From: Veleropilina oligotropha
Taxonomy: Eukaryota
Assembly (NCBI GenBank): GCA_048128005.1
Contig: JBEUKZ010000084.1
Coordinates: 124,001 to 188,000 of the forward strand
Reading direction: 5' to 3'
DNA: 64,000 bases
Every line of letters begins with the position of its first letter. Position 1 is the stretch's first letter. Made by a program: the position numbers and the translations under genes. Positions 26,301 to 38,300 of the stretch are shown piece by piece. The notes under the pieces are model-generated. The model saw only the letters and a program-made list of their open reading frames with translations, did no database searches and was not told the origin of the DNA.

Positions 26301-29300
26301 GCGACCACAGTCCATACGGGTCTGTAACCCTGCCCGGGTGAGGCACGGGGGTATACCCGCCGTACGCCTCAGCCCCGAACGCAGCCGGTCCTACCACACC
26401 ACCCGGGACGTCTTGATAAGAATCGTCAGAGGAGGTTGGCCGTCCATCACTCTCGTGGGCTCCGACGGTGGCGGGATTAGCCTTTAAGCTAGCGCCGTTG
26501 TCGGACGAGAGGACGGGTTGCGTCGAGCGTCTGGAACTTCGACCACTTTCGTGGTGCCCAGCAACTGTATCGACTTTCTCTGCTAGTCTCCTTCGCCTCT
26601 TTTCAGAGGTTACTTGACTCACAGAAGGACTAACGCTGCCTTGCTCCTCCGAGGCCGGAGGAGAGGAAAGGTTTTGTCTGCCCTGTACAGCTTTTCGCCG
26701 CGGCGCTCGATGTATCTCACTGGCCGGCAAGATACTTTGAGCAGCGGTTACTAGGCCCAAAGGAGAGGTATCGGTCGGCACTCGGGCCCTTACCTGAATC
26801 TGAGATCCCGACGATTCCGGGACTTTCCCCAAAGTCTCAGAGGTGTCGTCGAGCCCACCACGGCTACCGTCAAGAGGGTCTGAAAGAGAAAGTGAAGGGT
26901 TAAAACCTGTCTCTAGCCTCTGGAGCTTCTCGGTGGATGCCCCCTCGGAAGAAGATACCCTGGTTGTCTTCTCCGAAGGGAAAAGAGTCTCCCACTGCCG
27001 ATCCGTCAGTGTTACGCAATGCCCACATGGATGGTCCTTATCGCTAGAACAAACACGGTGAAAAGTGCATTCGGAGTGCTTGTCAAAACCACGGATTTTC
27101 TGTCTGCACTCGGAAACACTGCAATGCTTCATAGCTACGCACATGGGTAGGTAGGAGATAGGGTTTTTGAAGTGATAAGGATATTTCCCGGGTAGTTTAC
27201 CAAATTACTACTACAACCTCGATTGTACCTGATCCGAGAGTTGGAAAAGGCTGAAATACGCTTAGAACTTCCGGCGGATTATACGCCCAAAAACACCGAC
27301 TTTATATTTTTACTTTTTAAAAACCAGTCGGTCAACGAATTGAGAAACGGGAGGTCTTTCTTTTCAAGAAACCGCCCTTTTACACCTAAAAACCTCTTGG
27401 ATGTATATATATCAATTTGTTAGAATTCGGCGTGCTATCCCCGATTTAGCAGATTTACCAAAATAACGCTAGTTAAATTCTAAATAATCTGCTGTTCAAC
27501 GACGATAAATTTGATTACATAAATTTATAGCAAGAAAAAAGTCGTTGAGGAATTATCGTATATATAAATGAAATGCAATGCAAATTCAAGCAATATCAAT
27601 AAAACAACTCTCTCCTGACTCCTCAGTAATTGCTAAAGAGCTTCCTTCTTTAAATATCCCTCTGAGCGTCCTCTTTTCTTTCTGATCAGAAGTCCAAGAT
27701 GGCGTCGTCAATGGAGGGTGTCGATTTCGTTTTCTGTCTTTTGTTGACAGGAAAAACTTCTAAGAAGGCTTTAATTCAGGAGGAGACTCTCAGTCTTTCC
27801 ACTAAACGTGTTTACAACACTATATATGATCTTATGAGCTTTAAGATTTTTAAAATCGGGCTCAAAAAAGATCGAAAATCACAAAGATTGTGGAGCAAAG
27901 TAAAACGTGACTTGTTCAATCGAGCGGAAAACTTCGGATGAGGTCTTGACCCTTGGGTCACGAGGATCTCGCGGGAGTTGGCGAGCTCTATATAGGCATG
28001 AACTTGAGGGGGTCGAGCAGGTCACTGGGTCAACTGGGTAAAATTTATTAAAAAGTGCGCAATTACCATTTCCACCTTGTCGGGATTTAGCGATAATAAG
28101 AGGTTTTTAAGTAAACCTAGTATTAGTTAGAATATACTTACGTCATTACCTATGCCATAATAGCCCTATTATCGCTAAACCGGAAACTGTGAAAAAGCGT
28201 TTCACTTTCATTTAAACTTACACGCTTACCCCCCCTGCTCACCTCTCTCGCGTTCCTCCCACGAGATCTGCCCAAGTCTCGCGAGACCTCAGAGACCAAG
28301 ACAGATCTGGTATCCTTTTTAAGTCAGAGGAATCTGCAGTGCGTAGAGGAACTTAGCAAGAGGGGTTGGATGCGAATACCATGAGCAGGGCGGGTAGACG
28401 TGTAATGACGTAAGTATATTCTAACTAATACTAGGTTTACTTAAAAACCTCTTATTAGTAGCAATATACTCTACGTCATTACCTATGCCAGAATAACTTT
28501 GGACGGTGGGCTAAGTTCTAACGAAATTAATACCCAAACAAGTTACTTACTTGTCACCATGGAGACAGCTAGTATCGCCGACTCGCGTCCGCTCAGGATG
28601 GAATTACTGAGTATTACAATTCTACCCTTACCCCGACAGAATTTTGACCAATGAACCTGGGAAAAAACGCCAGAGGTGTTAGTCGGACAAGGTGACGCGA
28701 AAGTGCAATCAGCCCCAGGCAAGGCCGGAGGATAAATCCTGTAGGACTTAGATGTCATGGACCGAAGCAGCTTTTAGTAAATCCTGGGCGTCGAGGCCGG
28801 TAACCAAAAGATGCAGTCAACTTGCGACAAACATACAGTACCTGAAAGGTTGTGAATGTAACCAGTTATGCAATAATTAATAGATATAAGTAATATATAC
28901 ACGTACATATTATATTCCATATTAATCATAAATTCGCTTGACCAAATAGCGAAATGCAAACATGTCCCCATGTTACTTAAAGAATATTTAAAGATTGAAT
29001 GATATTAAATTTTTCAATGTCGCAACACCGTAAGCTCATAACAGCAAATGAACTTCAATAATATCAAAATCTAAAAAAAACCTTTTAAGATTTAGCATTA
29101 TAAATGTCTACTTTCAATGTGAGTGGCATGTGTCATGTGAACTCAGATCTGACAATTTAGTCTCAGTCCATAAATAGCAATATTGGACTGCAGACAACAC
29201 AATGAAAACAACACTAATTGTTAGCAAGCTACACAATAGAGTTGCACATAAATGCGGAGTGACTGTATAATTACAATTAATTGTTTACAATACCTGTCAC

Positions 29301-32300
29301 CGTGTATTTAACCTAGATGTCCTGGTTATGCAGTGTTGCGCCGCAACACATTGAACACTGGACAAACCATCCGCGCCAGTCGAGAAATCGCGTAAATAAT
29401 GTTTTACAAACACGTTCGGGTTTCTCCAATACCCTGCTTGTAGCAGTGAGGTAATATTTAGACAATGTCTAAATGCCAGACTCGTCGATATCGCTCTTGT
29501 TTCATGGGCACGGACCGCAATAAGGTTGGGGTCAGCTTCGTTGGAATTAGAGTATATCTGCTGAACCGTCCGACAAATCCATCTCGAGATAGTATTCTTT
29601 GATACATCGCGGGTGAAATTTGGCAAATACGAAATAAACAAGCGTTTTTTGCCACGACGGAAGTCACGTGTTCGGTCCAGATAATAGCGAAGCGCGCGCA
29701 CCGGGCAGTTGAGTCGATCGATATCGTTTCTACCGACAATAGAAAGCGTAGGAATAACGACCTCCGGAGCAATATCGCCTGGCCGCTGGTTTTTAGCAAT
29801 AAATCCTAATATAGGACGTAAAATGACCGATCCGTCAGACTGGAATCTAATATCACGGAGCTCTGCTGAGAAGCTGTGTATCTCAGAAACCCTTTTGCCC
29901 GACGCAAACGCAATTAGAAATACGGTTTTGTAAGTAAGGTTACGTATGGAAGCATTACGTAACGGCTCAAACGGGCTTTCTAGCAGAGCAATAAGTATAA
30001 GGATAATATTCCATGCTGGCGGCCGCGCCAGAGAAATCGGTCTTTCGAGTTCGTAGGACCTGATTAAATCAGAAATAGTACGGTCTGACGATAAGTCAAT
30101 TCGGGAACGACATTGCTTGAGTGTAGTCGAGATAGAGGCCCGATAACCTTTGACGGCCGAGACAGAAAGTCCTCGTTCGAATAACGACGTAATGAACTCG
30201 ATAAATTTGTTCACAGGGGGACGGAGTATATTAACTTCCCGCCTGTGACACCAATCCACATATTTGACCCATCGGTAGTCATAGACTTTAGATGTAGATT
30301 GTCTTCGCGATCGGTAAATGCGGAGGGCTGTAGCGCGAGAAAATCCTTTCTCAACAAGCGATCGTTCGATAACCGCCATGCGTGTAAACGAAGTTCGTTC
30401 GACGACGGGTGTAACACCCGTGAGCGTGGTTGCATTAGCAGGTCCGGCCTTTGCGGTAACGCAAGCGGTCGATCGACGATTAGATCGAGAAGAGTCGGAA
30501 ACCAAGACTGCGTGCGATTTAGAGGCGCTATTAGCGTTATCTCGCAGCGGTCTCGCGCTGCCTTCTGTAGTACTAGTCGTAATATGGACGACGGGGGGAA
30601 GGCGTACGCGATCAGATTCTCCCATGTCATTGACAACGCGTCGACCGCAAGGGCGGCCGGGTCCGGGTACGGGGAGACATACAGAGGGAGTCGGTGATTG
30701 AACTCTGTTGCAAACAGATCGACTTGGGGTTGAGACCACCGGCGACAAACCTCCCGAGCTACACGGCTGTGTAGCGTCCACTCTGTGTGTATAATCTGCG
30801 ATTTCCGAGAGAGCGAGTCCGCTCGGACGTTCAATATTCCCGGGATGTGTCGTGCTCGTATCGTCGAGTTGAGGGACATCACTAAGCGGTGTAGGTCGAT
30901 TGCTCGGTCGCATAGGGGACGCGAGCGAGTGCCGCCCTGGTGTTGAACGTATGCGACGACAGTCGTGTTGTCCGTGGCGAGCAGTATGTGCTTGTTGCGG
31001 AGATGTGACGAGAAGGACCGTACTGTCAGGTAGACCGCTTCTAGTTCTAGATAGTTTATGTGTCGTCCCTGCAGGTCCGTCGGCCAAAGGCCCGATGTCT
31101 CGTAACTGTCGAGGTGACCTCCCCAGCCCTCGTTCGAAGCGTCCGTGTATAGGAAGGCGCTCGGTTCTGGCGGGGAAATGGGAACCGACTGGCTCGGCAA
31201 TGCAGGGTTCAGCCACACTGCTGTCGAGTGATTGAACCAATGCCGAAGATCTATACGATCCGTCCACTGTCCCGTCCGTTGCACCCAGCGGTCCCTGAAG
31301 GCCTGCTGTAACGGTCGTTTGTCCATTCGTCCTGTCGGTAGCAGGGGCGCTACCGACTCGATGTGCCCCAGGACAGTGGCCAGTTGTCGCGCCGTGGCTA
31401 TCCCCGATGACCTTGTGTCCTGGATAACTGCGCGTAGGTTCACGATACGTTTCTCGGTCGGCTTCGCGGTGTACCGGACCGTGTCGAAGACGACTCCGAG
31501 GAACGTAAACGTCGTCGAGGGCACGAAGCAGGATTTCTCGTTGTTGATCTGTAATCCTAGGCGCTTCGCCGATGACAGGGTAACGCTCATAGACTGGAGG
31601 CACTGATCCCGGGACGCCCCGAGAATCAACCAGTCGTCGAGATACATGTGTACTCTGTGCCCTAGCGAGTGTAGGAAGGCCCCGAGAGCCTGTACTACCC
31701 GCGTGAAGACGTAGGGGGCTGACGATAGACCGAACGGTAGGCACCTGAATTGGTAGATCGTCTCCCCGTGTATAAACCTGAGGTACTGATGAGCCGAGGC
31801 ATGCATCGGAACGTGTAAGTACGCATCTGTCAGGTCGATAGACGCTGCCCAGTCGCCCGGACGGATGGCCGCTCGTATCTTCGAGAGTGTTTCTTGCTGG
31901 AACTTCTCGGTACGCAAATAGCGGTTGAGGTGCGAGAGATCGAGGATCGGTCTCCAGCGGCCATCGGGTTTCGGGACCAGGAAGAAATGGCTGTAAAATC
32001 CTGGTGTGCTGGGCGGCGCGGGATAGATGGCTCCTTTTAGGAGTAAGTCCCGCACTGCCTGGTCTAAGACCGCTTGCTTCTCTCCGTGAAGGAGGCGAGC
32101 GTGTCTTGGTGGTGGTGTCACGGATAGGGTTGGATGCCGGTTGAACGCCAACTTGTATCCAGCACTCACGACTGAATGGACCCAGCTGCTGTCTGTTAAC
32201 TCTAGCCACGTCTGGCTGTAGCCTAACAGGCACGCTCCCACCGGCGGGAGCGCGCAGCTGAGCACGTCGCGAGTGCCGGCAACCCTAGGGCCGTGACGGC

Positions 32301-35300
32301 TTCAATCTCCCGCTCTGACGGGATTTAGTTGGAGGGCCTTTCTTCTCGCTGGATTTCCGGGCCGGAGGCCCACCCCGAGAAGGTCTGGCACGCTTGGAAG
32401 CTTTCGCGCCCCGAGTCGGGGCCGAGCGCTTCCTTGAGGGGGCAGGTTGAGTACCCCGAGGGGTAGTCAATACTGCGCGCTCAATCGCACGATCTTTCAG
32501 CTCGACGGCTCTCTTGTCGACGAATTCGGTGAACTCGCCTCCGAAGAGAGTCGGGGCCGACAAGGGCACACATCGCAGAGAACGCCGGGTGGCGTCGTCT
32601 AACGATGTGCCCTCGAGGCAGGCGTCCCTACGAAGTAGGAGCGCATTGCCCAAGACACGCGCGGACTCCAACGCGTTGTTCTCCGTTGCGGCAGCAACCT
32701 CGTGGAGGAAGGACAGGGTGGTCTGGCGAGCGCCGGGTCGGTCCTCCTGTAGAACGGCTATCGCACCGTCCAGGAACGAGTCCTGTACAGACGACAGCCG
32801 CAGAGCTCGTCGGGCACAGCTCTCGAAGGCATCCATGGCGGCCCATGGTACCTTCGCTACCGAGGGAGCTTGACTGGCAGACAGACGACGCATCGCTACG
32901 TCAATCTGTGCTGGCTCAGCCACCAGGCACGGCTCAGAAAGCGCGATCGGCAACGGTCGCGAACTGGGCCGGAGGTATCTTCCTCTACGGAGGCCCCGAG
33001 GGAACTCCGTGAGAGAAGACGTCTCCACTGTCTTGCCTCCCTGAATGGCCCGGGTGGTCTGATCCAGAACCAGATCCACCAAGCCACACTGGGGGAGTAC
33101 GGAAAGCTGGGGAGCCTCAGACTCAGCAAAACGGTGTGCTGCCGTCCTGTGCTTGATCGTACCTACCGGCCGGGCCGGGTAGATCTAGCACCCCGCGAAG
33201 CGACGCGACTGCGTCGTGTCTTCGGCGGGTGGCGGAGATCGGCTCCTGCAAGCCTGATTGACTACGAGAGTCATCGGGACCGACCGATTCAAGAAGATCG
33301 GAGCGATCGGAGGGGACGTCCTCGTCGGAACGAGGGTCGACCTCCATCACCGAGGCAGGAGCCGTGCTCTGGGCCACGAGCAGAGGAGCAGAGACCTGGG
33401 GCGGCTGAACAGCCGGCAGCCAGGCCCTACTGCGGGCCTCGAATTCCGCCGCAATCATTGCATGGACGCTCTCCATAGAGAGACCAACAGGCAAGACGGG
33501 CGTCGATCCAACAGCCAGTGGATCGCTCGAGGACATCGTGGCGCATGGTAGACGGGCTGCTGGGCCAGATTGATATGAGAACCAGGGTCTCACATCACCT
33601 GACGAGCGGTTACTCCCGGAGAACGGGCCAAAAGGCGTGTTAACCGGAGCTCGACCCCCGAAAGACTGCGGCCACAGTCCCGTGGGGGTCGCCGCTCTGT
33701 TCAGGGGGTAGACGGGGGAAGCTCCCGCGTACATACCCATCCCGAACGCAGCCGGTCCGTCCGCGCCAACTAGTCTGAGCCCAAAGGGGTCAGGGGAGTC
33801 GGCGGGTCCTCCGACAAGACTGGGAGCTCCGAGGTGTAAGGACGAACCCTGGGGAGGGTCGGTCGCACCATCGGCCAGTGAGTCGGGTGTCGTTGGTGGT
33901 CCGGATCTTAAACCACCTTGGTGGTGTCCGGCAACTGTTCCAACTTGCTCTGCCGTCCGCAGTATGCCGCTCGGCATACCACTTGTGACAGAAGGACTAG
34001 CCGTCCCCTGCTCTTCCGAGGCCGAAAGAGAGGAAGGGGACAGCCTGCCCTGCTCAGCTGTTCGCTGTAAGGTCCGGTGTACCATGCTAGCCGGCATGGC
34101 ACTATTGGACGCAGCTACTAGGCCCGTGGTACGAGGAGAAACGGACAGCGCTCGGGCTCCTCTTACCTGGTCTTGAACCTGGGACGCCGGCGAGGTTTCC
34201 ACGGTTTTCCCCAAAACCGTAGCGGTTTCGTCGGCGGGTCCTGCAACCTGCGATGCCCCAGTTCGCTGGTCGCTTCGCGTCCCTGAAACAGACGAATCAG
34301 AAATTAGCCCTGACTTACCCGTCGTCTGTTTCTCCGGGGGAAGCCCAACAGAGACGGACTCCCTGGTAGCCTTCGTCCCTGGTGGGTAGATGAGCGCCCA
34401 CTGCCGATCCGTTAAAAGTAGACATTTAGCACAGGGGTATCTCTTAGCACAACTACGGTGTATGCGACATACCGAATGCTTGTCGAAGCTGTGTATCTTT
34501 TGGTTACACTCAGGTTCACTGCAACGGACCATAGCTGTTACACGGGTAGGAAAGGTAGTGGGAACCGGGAAATTTAGGGATATCCGGGTAGTACGCTTCG
34601 TGTTAAACTACTACACCTTATATAGGGGTCTCTAATCCGAGTATATAGGAAAAGACCGGATATTGACCCTAAATGTTATGAATCACACTTCGGTACAACC
34701 GAAGAACAGACAAGTAACCCGACTAGAATATAAACCAAGCCCGACGTACAAGCTTTATTAAAACGGCTTGTCGGACACTAACAAATTGAATGAGGCGGAT
34801 ATATAGTTAGTAGGAGGCTATATATAGAACAGCCGCCTTTAAACACCTGAAAACCTCGTGGATGTTGATTTCAATAGGTTAGAGCGTTGGCGAAATATCC
34901 CAGATTCGGCAGATAGGCCAAATAACGCACGTTAATACCTAAATATCTGCCTTGTTAGCGACGCTAAATTCGATTGAACAAAGTTACTAAGAATTTAAGC
35001 AAGATACGCCGCTAAGGAATTATCTAATATATAAATGAATTACAAGTAATTTCAAGCAATATTAGAACACAAACACTTCCTGCTTTGAAAGGATTCGCCT
35101 ATGCGAAGCTTTCCTGCTTGAAGAACGTTCCCTCCTGAGCGGCCCTCTTTAGATCTTTACATTGTAAATTCCAAGATGGCGGGCCGAAAACCTCGTGGCC
35201 AGAATCTCACAACTTTTAAATCTTTGCTAATTCGGCCTAATACTCCGAACACAGTTAAATACTTCTTCAGCTCATATATATATATGAACGGCACAATATT

Positions 35301-38300
35301 GTGCGAAAGAAACTTGTTTAAAAGTAACTTCTTATAGTCTATGTTTTGACAAGACTGATAGCACGTCCGGACAGACTGACGGAAGACTTAAAAAGGATAC
35401 CAGATCTGTCTTGGTCTCTGAGGTCTCGCGAGACTTGGGCAGATCTCGTGGGAGGAACGCGAGAGAGGTGAGCAGGGGGGGTAAGCGTGTAAGTTTAAAT
35501 GAAAGTGAAACGCTTTTTCACAGTTTCCGGTTTAGCGATAATAGGGCTATTATGGCATAGGTAATGACGTAGAGTATATTGCTACTAATAGGCTTATTAT
35601 GGCATTAGTAAGGACGTAAGTATATTTGATATAGATATGTCATTTGCAGATATTTCACGATTAAATAGCCTTTTTTTTTTTACAATTTATTAGTATTTGT
35701 ACAACCATAAACACCCAAAGTTGGTAAAATAGTTTTATTAATACTTTTAAGAGTTACCATACCCAAATTTGAGAGAAAACTCGATAATTTATGCAATAAG
35801 CAGATAGTGGGAATAGCCATGGAAAGCCTATTTACGAAGCAGCAATTCTTTCCAATCGCAAGCTACATGTAGTTTGGAACTGATATTTAATATCTTTGTC
35901 TGGCTTGTCAAATTTTGATTAGGCTTCCAAAAAGATGTCAGTCAATGACCGGTGTGGATAAAATGTGATGGCTGGTCCGTCATCATAGTTACTAATACTG
36001 ATCTCATTTTATGTATATTATCAGCGATATTTCCTTCACGACTATCGCTATTAATAATATGGAAATTGTAATGTAAATGGTAAAAAATCGAAAGATAACG
36101 GATAGTATCAGGCACTTTCGTTTTCTGTAAATTCGGACAAGAAAATAGTTTATTACTAAATAGCACAATTGATATAGGATATTGCATATCATTTGAACAA
36201 ATTCCATTACAGAAGTGGGTGTTACATGAAACATCGGATCCACAAGTTGTGAAAGTGACCTGAATTTTTATCCAATGAGAGTCCGTAAAACGTAGATGTT
36301 GTTGAAAATGCAAAACGTAGATATATTTCTTCAGACTTAAAAAATGGATATGATGTCATTACATCCAGAACAATATCTGGATCACCAAAAAAATCAAATG
36401 GATTGGTCCTTGACCCATCGCCATTCGGTCCATAACATTTCACCAAAATGCATCATCCTGCTTTACAGACAGACAAATGGACACTGATGAGAGATAAAAA
36501 AATTTATCAGAGGACTAATAAATATTATACATCCAACAATATTGATCGATTATTGTCAGACTATTCATCGGAATGCTGACCTGAGGACCCATCCAGCATG
36601 CCTCTGAGGATGTGCTGCACTCCCTGGGGCTTCATGAGGATATCAGAGAGCAGACGGCCACAGGCTCCCCTCAGCCATACCGGAGACTGAGGGAGAGGTG
36701 GAGAGGATGAGCCTGCCTGAAATATAGCAACAACAGTCCTGACTGAAATATAGCAACAACAAATGTCTGGCAGTGTTATTATACAAGATTATTTCAATGT
36801 TCCAATGAAAGAATAATACATAAAATATTCAAGATTGTAATACATTACAATGACCAAGGTAATAAAAGTTGTCTATTAGAGACATATGCTCGGTTTGCTA
36901 AAATAAACTGTTACTGCAAAAGTGCAGTGTTGCCAGTGCCCGCCCATCTGATTCCTGGAACATTGGGTCAACAGTTGTGCGTTTTATGTAATGTGAATAC
37001 TTTAGTTTCATGGTCGCGATTTACCAATTTTTCGGACCGTCTGTCACAACTGAAAATACTCTCAAGTAACTTACAAAGTATTATTTTTAATAACATACAT
37101 TTCAGCCTTGTCTTTACTTTCCTAGGTAATCCGTTTTCATTTGCATATTTAAAACAATTACTTCAGAAACGACCTACAAAAGCTAAAACTGGTCGTACAT
37201 TTATATACTGGGCACATGCCTAACGCGTAGTAATTTTGGGACTATTTTCGCAAAATTATGGAATTTCCAGAAGTAGACCCTCAAAGTTAACGCCATTATT
37301 GATTAGTGGAAATGTTTTTTGTAATAAAAAAAGTACTGTCCGAATTACGGTAAATGTACCTGAATGCATTTGGATGAATGGAAGTCAGCAGCTTTGCGCA
37401 GCAATGAAATGGTAGCGATCAGGAGCAGTCAAAAAAAATGTTGCTTGTTAAAACGACAAAGAGCTGGATGCGGGCCTAAAACTCCATTAACTAACCACGG
37501 GATTTGAATATATATTTTGTTAACGTAAGTCTCCGAAGAAAATTTTGTGTGATATTAATTATCCAGAAAAAAGATCTGCAACTTCAAATATCCGGAAATC
37601 CATGAATTCCCGGAAGACTGGCAACACTGGAAAGTGTTATCACAAATGTGAAATTAATAAACCATGTTTTAGTGTAATCATATGATAGTTATAATACCAG
37701 TATTCAATGTAATGATTATTACAATATTTAGTATTAATGATCGACTACTTTCAATAAATCAATGTAAACCACTTGTTGATTTCCGCCACCAACAGCGCAG
37801 CTACCTTTTTGCGAGCTGGTCCTCCCTGAAGTATTAGCAGCTCCCGAACTAACAGTGGCTGGTACACCCTTTCCAGAAGATTTTTCAATTTCTCGTCACA
37901 AAATTCGATTTCTGCTTTAAAACAGCCGATTTCCGACTGTGTTGTATTCTGGGATGGATTTTCCATTTGGCTCTGTTTTTCATCAATGGCTGCTGGGACC
38001 CTGTCATGTGTGGTTTGAGGGGATATATTCGGTGATCCCTTCTTTAGCCCACTCTGCGATGAACCAAAACATATTTGCAAAAGGACAGCTAAGAGGTCTC
38101 CTAAATGTCTGGACAAGATCAGGGATCCCAGTGACGGCTGGATTATGCAGGATAACAATGTTTTAGCACAAATAAATAATTGTCGGTTCTTTTCCGTACT
38201 GGAAATTTTCTCCGATGTTGCTACTGATATTAAATACCCATATCCTGTTCTTTTCTGCAAGGGAACTCCAACACCTGCCTGCAAATTAGGGCAAATTCCC

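Larger units (their letters stand above)
28099..35585 (-). mobile_element. DIRS1-type retrotransposon B nested in the 5' ITR of A
   Basis: ITRs 28131-28325 and 35385-35580; ICR ~28403-28490; flanked by TAATA at 28094-28098 and 35586-35590. Confidence 0.93.
20750..35636 (-). mobile_element. DIRS1-type tyrosine-recombinase retrotransposon A (full length, 5' ITR interrupted by element B)
   Basis: ITRs 20785-20990 and 27929-28098 + 35591-35626; internal complementary region 21056-21144 complementary to both termini (20750-20802 and 35600-35636); gag, RT/RNase H/MT and YR ORFs. Confidence 0.93.
19954..36146. mobile_element. ~1.3-kb foldback/MITE-like element with 269-bp inverted ends, split by the DIRS insertions
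   Basis: 19954-20222 is the reverse complement of 35878-36146 with 2 mismatches seen; no TSD identified. Confidence 0.78.

Noticed and set aside
21925..34532. Elements A and B as an assembly duplication
   Set aside because: ITRs, Gag N-termini and YR domains are clearly diverged, and each element has its own self-consistent ICR and junctions.
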